From Amoebophrya sp. A120 (taxonomy: Eukaryota > Protista > Dinoflagellata): a stretch of 64,000 nucleotides of DNA. Below, piece by piece: positions 12,894 to 23,621 of the stretch. Location: the NCBI GenBank assembly GCA_905178155.1, contig CAJINV010000006.1, positions 2,026,230 to 2,090,229 on the forward strand, given 5' to 3'. Position 1 is the stretch's first letter. The number at the start of each line of letters is the position of its first letter. A program made the translations under genes and the position numbers. The notes under the pieces are model-generated. The model had not been told where the DNA came from. It ran no database searches and worked only from the letters and a program-made list of their open reading frames with translations.

Positions 12894-14067
12894 GGTTTCG
12901 GGGTGTGCGAGCATTTCGAGTTCAGACTCTGAAGGAAAAAGGAAGAGAACAAAAGCGCTGCTTTCCAACAAGGACAAGCCACTTCAGAAACTTGTCGTAC
13001 ATATTATGTAGCACGCAGAAACTTGTCTTACATATTATATATATATGCCATAATGCGCAGCCTGTTGCTGTTCGGACTACAGGCACAGTCGTGCTTGTGT
13101 TATTGTTTCCCTGAGGGTGGGGCTTTTTTTTTTTGATTAAGTACACACTTTCACTCTGCGTTGCTGTTTTCAACATACACTGACTGACATCTTATTTATT
13201 TTTTACTTGCAGATGCAGCTATACACAACTCTCTTCCGGACGACACTATCGATAAGCAAAAGCACTAAGTAGTTTGATCTTGTTTACTAGATGCTTCGTC
13301 TCAGTTTTATAGTTGCCTTCTAGCTCCTGCGCTACCAACGGAAGACTCGGATATCCAGGAAAAAAAGCAACTGTAGTCAGCCTTGTGTTGCGGACCGACA
13401 ATGCAAGACAGGCACACGACTCGACCTTGTCATGCTGAATATGCGTCATAATGGATTACGCATGCGCGGTCTACTCGCGTACTTCTATCTGCGCATCCAA
13501 TAAGTTTTTACTGTCATGCCACACAGATTTCCTCTCTCAATCCCAAAAACGCTACACCTACAGTCTTTTTTTCTTGGATATCGTAATGGAAAATGCGTAT
13601 TACTTGTTTTTTCGCGCAAAGCTTGTTGCGGAACTTCTAACCGCGCAGGAGGGCGTCGTCGTCTTTTTCGCGGGCGGTCTGACTTGGGGGCGACTGGTAG
13701 TAGCTCTTCTTCTTATTTCGCAGAAGAAGTTGTACTAGGATCACAACAAGAATTGAGATCCTCAGTTTTCAGTTTATCGCAGACGCTTGCTTTTTGCATT
13801 AACTTTAACATTCTGACATCATTATATATAGCGTCGAGTAGTTTCTTTGTTACAGATCTTGTTTTCGCACTTAAACTTATGTCACAGTGAAATTATTGCA
13901 GATGCTTTCCGCTTCAAAGTTGTACTTTTTACTGCTTATCGCATTCGATACTGCTTTTCCACACTCTTATATTCGGATGTATTATTCAACTAAATAACAA
14001 TAACATAAGGAGGAGGAGCTGAGCACCAGCAGCAGCTACAATTGCGCCTCCTACGTTGCTCCGCGCG

Positions 14068-14150
14068 TATGCATTGCAGATCTGTCTTGGTCTGGATTTG
14101 TGATGGGAAATTTGAAGGAGACAACCAGATCTGTATATTCATGAACGCGA
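14068..14150. mobile_element. Left-half relic of introner A
   Basis: Aligns by eye with the start of the 28487 element. Confidence 0.55.
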
Positions 14151-15523
14151 AAAATTATAAGGACCTGAGCTACATCATCGGCATCTACCTCGGTTTCTAC
14201 CCGTGGTGGCAGTAGACGAAACTGCGGCGCAGCTCGAACTTTCTGTCTTGTCGCCGGAATTTGTTCGTCATCTTCTTAGGCTTTCTGCTTCTTTCTTTGT
14301 TCGTCTTCATCTTGGAATCCTGCTCTACTCTCTTTCGGACCAGCGTAGTTTTGATGAGAGAGTTGTTTAATAATATTTTTCCACATGATTCTGATCTTCC
14401 AAAAGGTTTGTTTGTTTGTTCATATTGGATACACGGGATCCGGGTGAAGATTTTTTTCCTCTCTCGTGTTTTAGCGCTACTTGAAGAAAAAGCCAGTCTG
14501 CAAGAGCCGCTTTAGGCCTGCACTTAAGAAAAAATAAAGTGAAGAGTTGCAAAGTTAAAAAGTTGGTGTCGAAGTTTAGGTTCCTACTGAAAAGTTGAAA
14601 AGTTAAAAAGCCTCTTGGAAGTGTTTCTGTCGTACAAGAAAATGCTAACGCTACTGGGAAAAGAGATAGAGACTGGGCACAGAATAAAAGATGTTGCTTT
14701 TCTCGCTGTGAAGTTGGTGAAGAACTGTTTTTTTTTTGAGTTTGTATTTGTAGTTTTAGTTTTTGTCTTTTTTTTTTTTTTATTTCCTTCGTGGTTGCCG
14801 TTCGCTGCAGATCTTCGTCTATCTGTCTTACGCTTCTTTCTACCGTTCGTAAAGTTTACTTACTGTCGCTACCAAAGATTTCTGCTTTTTTGAGTTTTTA
14901 CTTTTGCTTTTCTGTACTAGACCGACCACAAGAACGTCCTTCGCGACTTCGGCGCGCCTCTGAGATAACTTCACTCGCCCAGCGCCTCCCGTCGTACTGT
15001 CACTGTCCATCCGCATGCCCCAATTGATATCACTACAACGCCCAGCCCTATCGGGTTCGTCAGGCCCGGTAGACTATGCGGCGGGGTGTAGTTCACGACT
15101 GTGGATAAAGGTAAACCATGGATAAGACAGGTAGTCGGGCTGCGTGCTTACTCGCCGCGCCTGGGGGTGCCGTTTTACCTACCCCGTGTCGTACTTTCCT
15201 TGCCAAAAATATCACCACACTCCTGGCCCTAGCCGGGGCGTCAATCCTGCTAGACTATGTCGGTAGGATGTGGGTCACTCGTGATTGGTCTTGTTTTTCG
15301 TGGGGTGTGTCGGTTCCCTTTTTTTTTCGGCGCGCGGGTTGTGTGGCGCGTGGCTTCCCTTTTGGTTACGCAGCGTAGCGCGAGTTCTCCTTCACTCAAC
15401 TGCTAACAAGAGGACAAAATGATATCTATGGCGGGTCTACTCAAGAGTTGAGATGAGTTCTGCTCGGATGAATGTGGTGAGGGTACTAGTTGCAGGAGGC
15501 AGGAGAAAGAAAAACCTGAAGAC

Positions 15524-18500
15524 TTGACGCTGAGTGAAAGAATATTTTTTGCACCAGCATGCAGGCCGAGTGTCTGTGGTCCGCTGCGGTTGAGAAGCGG
15601 AGTAGAGCGAAAAATGCACTACGTAGATGATAGAATTGCAGCTCTTCTGCAGCGTGGTCCAAAAGATGGTTTGATGGTATTGCCGCAGGAAAAATCTGCT
15701 TCTTTGTTTCATTGGGACGATTTCGATAATTTAGCGAGGTTTGTAGCATCACAGTTTCGCTGCTCTACACGACAGAGAAAATTTGCCATGTCGGTGCTTT
15801 CGTATCAAATGCAAATATGTTCTTTGGGTCTAGAAGCATGGAATTTGTAATTCTAGCCCTGCACTCCTGTAAAAATCTGTGTTGCATGACTAGCAAAAAG
15901 ATGCCCTCATTTGTCAACATACAAAGGCGCCGCAGTTTCTCATGCGGACTGCGCATGAGAAAGTGTGCGGGAAACTTGTCATGCTCAGCTGCATTGGGAA
16001 GTATAGTATTTCAGTTATCCGCAATTTCAATTCAGCATCACAAATTTCCAGACCCAGACACTTTTGCAGTTGACATCTCGTCCCAAGGAACAACAAGAAA
16101 CCGGAGAAGAAGAAGACGCGATAGAAGTGGTTATCCTGAATAAAAACATCCCCACCTCCCCATATTAGTCGAGATGGGAAATCTGCTAGACAAATGATCA
16201 GCAAGCTTGTTCGGCTTCTGTTGCGCATGACCACAAATTTGGCCTCGTAGTGTAATCCTGTTTAGCAAGTGCAGAAGGAGCGTCACAGATCCAGCGCATT
16301 ATGCTGGTTGGAGCATCACAAGTTTCGAAACACGACTAGGAAAAGCTTCCCATGGGGCTCCGCATGATAAACATTTCCAGGCTGCAGATTTGCATGACAA
16401 CTAGGGGGAGGGACCGTTCTTCCTTAGGATAGTAGTTCTGCGGTACGACGGCGGTCATTGGACAACCTTCGTATTCCGGCGCAACATATGAACTGCAAAA
16501 GTGTCGTACTCGTATAAATGCATGACGTGGCCTAGGTACGCACATACGACTCGGTACGCCAAATCGTATGTGGGGCGTTACAATTTTCGCGCTTTTTTCA
16601 TTGAGAAAACCCGCCAAAAAGCAGCACCGAGCCCGGTGCGGTTTGTAACGTATGGCAGCACCGAGCCCGCCAAAGTATGTCTTTTTGCCCACCTACAAAA
16701 TTGGTATTGTAGCGGCGCGCCTTCGCAATACATTTTGGCGCACCGAGGCGGCGCGCAAAAACGTCCCATCGCACGCCTTTCCCAGGTGGCGCCGGCGCCT
16801 TCGCCTCCTGCGTTTTTTACCTTGCCCTCGGACGCGCGCCAGGGTACGGGTTTTGTTTTTCTGCCCACCAAGGCCCGCGGCGTGACCTCGCGAATTAGCC
16901 GATGGGCCCCCGGTCCTCCCCCCCCGCCCCCCCCCCCATTTTCTCTGCGCTCGCGTGCTTCGCGATTTCGCGTGCGTTTTTTCGCTTCGCACACGCCCGC
17001 GCCTGCGTCGCCCCTTGCCTTCCGCGGGAGCTTCTGCTCGCGGCGTCGCGCGACGAGCACTACCTCGAACGCACGGCAACAGCATCGAATTTGTTTCACG
17101 TGTCTCACCGTCTCACCCCAAAAAAAACAATCTTGGCACCGCCGCGCCCCGAGCGCTTTTTTCCATTTCTGCTGTTGTGTTCCGCCCGTCTGCTGCTTTG
17201 TTCCCGACTACAATTTGGCGCACCGAGGCCGTCCGCCTCGGTGCACCGAGGCGGCCATTCCGAAAAACTGGCATTTTTGGCCTCGGTGCGCCATTTTGTA
17301 TGCGCGTCCTAAAGAGCCTTCTTCTAGCCTCGGTGCGCCAACTTGTAGTGGCGTACCGAGGCCACGACACTACCGAGGCGACGTCATGCATTACAAATGT
17401 TCTCAGCGTGAGGAATAAAATTTGTAATGCGGATTTACCTTAAGAAAAGCAATCAAAATCATGCATTAAATGCATGACTGCAATGCAACGAGTGCGATAC
17501 TTTTGCACAGCATACAACACGACCTAATGCCGGTTTGCAGTGCAACATCTTCTGGCGGCAGAAGACTTTTTCGTCTGCTTTCCGCTTCCATAGTGCTGCC
17601 AGGAGCTGCAGTAGAAGCAGTTTCCCTCTTAGACCTGCATATGCTTTGGTGCGCAAGTATCGACGTAGTACCAGGTGGATCAATAATCGCATTTACAACA
17701 AATAAATTTCCTCAGCATCATGAGGGATGGAAGTTGATGTCATGCGGAACTGCACCTTCGGAAAGAGATTTGTAATGCGTGACCGCAATTAGCACGAGAC
17801 GACGAGTACGATACTTCTGCAGCGCATAGTGCACGTGAAAAGGAAGTCCGGCCGCGATGTCGTGGACTCAGGGATTAGTGCCGTCGGAGGTATTATGCAA
17901 GAAAAAAACTGTGCAGGTGTAAGTCTGTAATGCAAAGCATCCAGTACAACCAAACTTGTCATGTGAGCCAGCCACGAAGGTTTATTTTTTTCGTATGTGT
18001 TTTGTTCACGTACTAGCTCCGCATGACAGGGTTTCTTATTCTTTGTCATGCGCGACAATAAATGTGTCTTCATGTTGTCTACTTCCGAAGACACGACCCA
18101 CTTTGACACAGTTTTTTTCTTGTGATAGATACGGCGAGCAGTAGCGGACACGCCCACGTAAGGGAGTCAAATCAACAGGCCGCGCTACATATGCATTGCA
18201 ATAGTATCGTACTCGTATAAATGCATTACAAATTTTCTCAGCATGAAAAATGAAATTTGTAATGCGGCTTTGCTTTAGGAAAAAAAATTGTAATGCATGA
18301 TTGCAAAAATACGAGTGCGATATTACTTTTGCAGAGCATACTACACTCCATCATCGCAGCAGGTGGAGAAGAAGATGACAGCAAAAAAGTGAAGCAGCCC
18401 ACGATAAAGGGCTTCGTCTACCCCTATTACGGACCGCTATGACAGTGCACAACTCGTCCCCCTCTCCCTCATTTGTCATGCAAAACACCACATGCGTTGC

Positions 18501-20686
18501 TCGTCTCTCTTCACTTTTTGCATGACAGATTCCGGCAGCTGCGCAAACAGCACTATAGCCCGGAATGGATTTGTCATGCAAAACCTGTACTATAGCTGAC
18601 GCTTGAGCTTGTATTGCTATTGCTGTTCATGTTATATATACAAATGAGGGGGACGAGGGGGAGTTGTGCACTCGCATAAGCGCAGGCCTTCAGTGACAAG
18701 GCCCACCCCCATATTGCAAGGAAAAATGCCCCTCCCCATACTCACAATGGAAATTTGTGATGTTGATTTGTGGCCACAAATCAGCTTTGTCTCGCATATG
18801 AGGCAAGAAATGGGAGCCGTGTCGTGGCGCATTCCAAAGCCAAGCTGTAATGCTCTTTTGCCTACTGCAGAGCTGTCTGTCATTCCTGAGTCGTGTTAGC
18901 CTTTTGCATGCGTAATCAGGCTTAGGAACAAATGCCTTCCAGGACTTGCTGCAATACAGCGCTGATTTGTGTACACAAATGCAGCAACAGAAATTTCCGT
19001 TTCAATATGGGGAGGGGGCTTTTTCGCTTTGATACTCCACAACCCCTGGGTCAGAAACGCCGGAATGAGTCCCTATCACAAGAATATCCTGTGCAAAAGT
19101 ATCGTACTCGTAGTAATCGCATTTATGCATGACAAATATTTTTTTCAAAGTAAATCAGCATGAGAAATTCCCTAGGTTCTGGTTTTCGTCTTTTCGTAAC
19201 GTACTGACAAGCTGCAAACTGCAGAGCACGCGCGAACTGCCGGACTGCGACCTGCGCAGCTGCGCGAGCTGACGGACTGCGAACTGCGCAGCTGCGCGAA
19301 CTGACGGACTGCGAACTGCGCAGCTGCGCGAGCTGACGGACCGCGAACTGCGCAGCTGCGTGACCTGACGGACTGCGCAGCTGCGCGAACTGCTTCCGCG
19401 CTCGTGGGGCACTGAGTAAAGAAAGCCAACGCGTGGCCCTGCGCTTTTTTCGTGTTCGGGAGCCATCGCCGAAGTGGAGGCCCGCGGTGGGGCGCTGGTG
19501 GACTGCACGAACTGCCTGCGCATTTGCTTAGGCAGCCCGTGCCGATTGGAATAGCCAGGGCAAAAAAATAGGCGGGGGGCGGTAGGGCGGCGGCCCTGTG
19601 GATAGCATGAACGCGCAAAATGCAAAGCCGGACAACCTAAGCCATGGCAATGCTTTCCAAGTTCAACCTTGCCAAATTTCGGAAATTTCTTTTGCCGGAA
19701 TGTCTGTGCCAAAACTGCGGCAAAGAGTTGGCTTTCGGCGAAGTTTTTATGTGCAAAACCAGGCAGGGAAATGAACTAAAGTAACAAAATTTTTTTCTAG
19801 GTTGCCACTTTGCGCTTCATGGCCTAGGTTGTCCGGTTTTCATTGTATTTTGTGCGCTCGCATTGAATAAACACTAAAACGCAAGAAAATGGGGGGGGGA
19901 GGGGGGGAAAGCGGGGTAACACATAGTCTGGGCGCCCCGCGCTCTTTTGCTCGACCTCCTTCCCTTTCAGTTCGTGCACCGACCTCCTTCCCTTTCAGTT
20001 CGTGCACCGCGAATCCCCCTTTTCCTTCTCGCGGGTGTGCAGTTCGTTCCCCCCCCCTCCTCCTTCTTCTCTGTATGTTGCCCAGTTCGATGAACCTCCT
20101 GCACAACCTTCTTCTCTCTCCGTTGTCCAGTTCGATCACGACCCGCATAAACAAAAGCCGTCCTTTTCTCGTCAGTTTGAACCCCTCCAAGAAAAAGAAA
20201 CTTACTTTCTCTCTTTATTCATCTTCTCTGTTTTCAGTTACAGTTCGTTGTTCGTTTACTAAAGTTGTAAAACTCGAAAACCAGAACCACTAAGAAATTC
20301 CATTTGTCATGCTGAGAAATTCCATTTGTCATGCTGAGCAAATTTGTAATGCGATTACTACTAGTGCGATGCTTTTGCATTTCATAAAGAAAAAGCCGAT
20401 CATATGCCATACGCTTTTCAAAACGGACAGATCTGTGATGCAGTAATGCTATTTTTATGCAAAAACATAAATGAGAGATTTGTATAGCAGAGCATGCGCG
20501 TTGGGCCAGATTTGTCATGCATCCTTGCAATCTGTATTAGATGAGCCGCACTTTTTTTTGGCTGATAGCGTGGTGGCAGCGGACATGGACGTGGAGGCAC
20601 CCATGGACAGAGTAGTTTTGCTTCACGACCTGTTTGTTTGTGATGCGGGTGGCGATAGGCAAATCGTTTTTCTCATGCGAAGATAG
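15524..20686 (+). CDS. Introner-split coding region, probably the 5' part of the EF-hand/VMO-I gene; start and link to 23622 unresolved
   Basis: Spliced frame open across 8 elements: ..FAMSVLS|SQGTTRNRRRRRRDRSG|SAVRR..PAQ|HDLMP..LDL|HVKRK..|HSIIAAGGEEDD..YYGP|QAFSDKAHP|HNPWVRNAGMSP. Confidence 0.55.
15803..16075. mobile_element. Introner A
   Basis: TSD tttcg/tctcg. Confidence 0.85.
16132..16431. mobile_element. Introner D (TIR tatcctga..aaaaacgtccccacccc, ~280-330 bp)
   Basis: TSD gtggt/gtagt. Confidence 0.85.
16487..17514. mobile_element. Introner B split by a nested MITE
   Basis: TSD caaca/caaca; B sequence resumes at 17391. Confidence 0.88.
16523..17386. mobile_element. GC-rich MITE nested in introner B
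   Basis: TIR tgacgtggcctaggta / taccgaggcgacgtca, tgca duplicated on both sides, many subterminal gcaccgag/ctcggtgc motifs. Confidence 0.8.
17640..17828. mobile_element. Degenerate introner B
   Basis: TSD ctgca/gtgca. Confidence 0.75.
17894..18127. mobile_element. Introner F (TIR tatc..aaaaaactgtttcactgt, ~210-260 bp)
   Basis: TIR; diverged TSD ggtat/gatac. Confidence 0.7.
18190..18340. mobile_element. Introner B
   Basis: TSD ctaca/ctaca. Confidence 0.9.
18438..18678. mobile_element. Introner E
   Basis: TSD accgc/agcgc. Confidence 0.85.
18712..19034. mobile_element. Introner C
   Basis: TSD cccca/ctcca. Confidence 0.85.
19172..20292. mobile_element. Non-autonomous TIR element with 9-bp TSD (Mutator-like), nested in introner B
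   Basis: TIR ggttctggttttcg / cgaaaaccagaacc; TSD agaaattcc/agaaattcc. Confidence 0.75.
19230..19392. repeat. ~31-bp minisatellite (gcgaactgcgcagctgcgcgagctgacggact)
   Basis: About 5 tandem units. Confidence 0.85.
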
Positions 20687-20701
20687 AAACAAAACTAGAC
20701 A

Positions 20702-23552
20702 TATCACAAGAAAAAGTGTACACGTACACGGTTTGCAATTTTTCCCAAAAAAAATTTTTTGGCGCCCCCCTAGCGAGACGCAGTCCAGTGGCACCACTTG
20801 AAGCCTTCGCCCCGGCGTTGCAGAAACTTTCGCTCTACAATGGTCTGGCTTAACTATGGACGCAAGCTTTCAGGGTCGACGCCCAAGCCCGATGCATTTT
20901 GGTGGATGATATCCACGAGGCAGGCCTGCAATCCTGGCTCCAGATGGTTAATCCTTGGAAATATCCATATCTACCTGCATACTTGCAAAATGTAGCGAAA
21001 GGCAACCCGCTACCGGGCCTGCCATGTTCATCTTTCACGCCCGCGCCCGACGTTTTCGCGTCAGCGAGTTGCTGGGGAGTCGAGCGGAAGCCGGAGGTTC
21101 ATTCTCTGGCACCGCTGGCGCAGTTAGTAGATAGCGAATACATCCTAGCGCTACCCCTTTGGCGAAGGGTCAGCCGAACGGATATACGGCTGCACCAGAG
21201 CCGCGCGAATCCAGGCGCGCTGATTGTTTGCAATTCTGGAACTGGGCCAAACGCAGCGGCTGTAGCGCGCGGGAACTGGCTGCAGCCTCTCAATAGTGGC
21301 GGTCGGCAACTCTTTTTAGCGACCGGCGTGGCGCGTCTTCTTGCAATTTTAGGATGCGGAAAAGCAGGCCGCCAGCATTCGCCAAAGCCGGGGGCCATTC
21401 GTGAAAAGCCTCCAGGTGGTCTCCCGGCCAGCGCGCATGCACCCAAAAAGCGCAGCAAATCCGAGGAAAGCACCTCCACCGAGCGCTAGCCCACCGCGCA
21501 ACATGCCTAGTAGCTGTATTTCGCTGAGCATGTCCCGCTGCTCCAGAAACTCTTGGCCGTACTTCAGCCAGGTCGCAAAGCAACCGCCCACGGTTCCGGT
21601 GCGATCGGGAAATACTGTCAGGCATCTTGGGTTCGCATAAAGATGTCGCATGAAGACCAATACCCCAAACAAATACCCCTTGAAGGGGGTACTTGCTGGG
21701 GGTATTCGTCATCGTTGTGCACCGAGCTGAGTCCAAAAATCCCGGGGGGTATTGATGGGGGTATTCGTACGGGGTATTGCTTTGGGGTATCGCGTTGGGG
21801 TATTGCTTTGGGGTATGCGTTTTCGCATTGGGTGAGCTTGGCGAAGGTGAAACGCGAGCGGGAAATTTCCATCATTGCAAAATCCCAATTTGTGTTTCAC
21901 CCAAACCCGAGCGGGGAATTTCCATCATTGCAAATTGTAGCTTGCCTCTCACCCAAACCCGAGCGGGGAATTTCCATCATTGCAAATTGTAGCTTGCCTC
22001 TCACCCAAACCCGAGCGGGGAATTTCCATCATTGCAAAATGGCGAGCGTCAATACTTTCAACTCCCCACACCGTCTGACTTCCAAACCCGAGGATTTGGC
22101 GGATGGCTGGTCGCCTCGCCAACTCCTACGCGCGCGGAGACACATCCAGACGAAGCCTGGGCGCACCCTCGCGCCCAGGCTTCGTTCGGGTGTAGAAGGT
22201 GCGCAACACAGGGGCGCCGCACGGCAGGCGGCTCCACACGAAAGTCAGAGCGCTGCTCCTGGCCTCGCCTGCAGCCCCACTCCCCTCTCCCTTTGGCTTC
22301 CCGGAAGGCCTCGGTCTTCGGCACTTTCCTTTGGCCAGTCCGGAAAACCGAGCTGGGAATTTCCATCATAGCAAAATGCAGAAAATGGCTTACAACGACA
22401 CCTTCTGACGCCCTTTCCCGCACTTTCAGTGGAGCGGCAAAAGGAAGCACGAGAAGGAAGGCTGGCAGACCGCCGGTCAGCTGCCAAAAGCTGCTGCTGC
22501 GAGTCCTCTACATTTTGCAAATATGCGCACAAATATGGAAATTTTCAACGACTAAGATGGGGCCCCTTGCATCAGCGCAAAGCAGCTCCCCCTCCAATGC
22601 CCGACAGTGGCCTACCGCCATGAACACTCCACCCCCACCCACCAGGCTGTGTTTGGGGTCGGAAACATTGATGGGGGCTGCGGAATATTGTTTGGGCGGG
22701 AGCCAAACTGCTTCAGATTTCTCGGCAGGTTCGTCTGGCTGTGTTGTGTCCCGAGATCTGCGAAAGTTTCCAAATTTCGGATGTCCGGAAAAACGCAAAT
22801 TTTTGCATACCTCCAAGGCTAAATTTTTCAGATTGGCCAAAAACCGTGTACATGGAACCTAGCCACCACGCTATGGTCCATGTACACGGTTTCAAAAGTG
22901 GCAAACTTGCAACAAAATTTATAGCGAGCCCAAAAAAACCGTGTACATCGCATCCAGACCCCACGGTATGGTTGATGTACACGGTTCAGAATGCTTGTCC
23001 CCGGGCCTGACCACTTTGCGGACCGTGTACATCCATCATACCATGCAGGCTAGATGCGATGTACACGGTTTTTTGGTGTTGCGCGATTTTCGCACTCAAA
23101 ATTCAGAAAAATTTGCCTCTTTTCCTGGGGATTTTCTTGAGCCCAAGAAAAACCGTGTACGTCATCTCTAGACTGCATGGCATGGACGATTTACCTCTCC
23201 AAAAGGAGGTCCCGGCCTGGTTTTGATGGTGGCGGCGCGTTGCTGGGCGCCTTTTGTCGTCGGTGCCAGGAGAACCTGGCCCGCTGGGTGTAGGAGCTGC
23301 CGCCGGCCCGCCTCTAGATACCAGAGCGAGAGCTGGTGGCCATCTCGACCCTGTTGTCGCAATGATGAGATGAGGCCAAGAACGGCGGCAAGCTAAGCGA
23401 GTCTATTTTTCCCGGCTATCCTGGTCCTTGCTTACGGCCCTTTGGGAGTGTGAGCTAGATGCTCCAGGTCTGGCAGATTCCCAGCCTCGCTAGCTTCGTA
23501 GCGAGTGCTTTCAATGATACAAGCGATCTTCTTGTGGGAGGCAACAAAAATT
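20702..23552. mobile_element. Long H-related composite element, left TIR only
   Basis: Starts tatcacaagaaaaagtgtacacgtacacggttt; aaaccgtgtac..gtacacggttt hairpins at 22840-23190; flanked by a 33-bp direct repeat. Confidence 0.65.
21856..22040. repeat. ~52-bp tandem repeat (cccaaacccgagcggggaatttccatcattgcaaa..), 4 copies, plus one at ~22345
   Basis: Seen directly; preceded by a ggggtat array at 21655-21820. Confidence 0.85.
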
Positions 23553-23621
23553 GTTTTTCTCATGCGAAGATAGAAACAAAACTAGTAGAGCTAATTTGTG
23601 ATGCAAAAAAAATCGCTTCAG

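Larger units (their letters stand above)
19085..20386. mobile_element. Introner B nested in the H left TIR, itself interrupted
   Basis: TSD aagaa/aagaa. Confidence 0.88.
19074..20567. mobile_element. Old introner H (TIR tatcacaagaaaaagtg) hosting nested elements
   Basis: Removing the inner B rebuilds tatcacaagaaaaag; right end cacttttttttggctgata; TSD decayed. Confidence 0.6.

Noticed and set aside
13246-13610. Minus-strand protein-like frame with several stops (pseudogene or C-to-T decay)
   Set aside because: No recognisable family, and any stop codon can be explained by a C-to-T change
21856-22040. CRISPR-like regular repeats (also the genome-wide repeat/unique alternation)
   Set aside because: Spacers here are identical to each other, elsewhere they are exons; no cas genes; eukaryotic context
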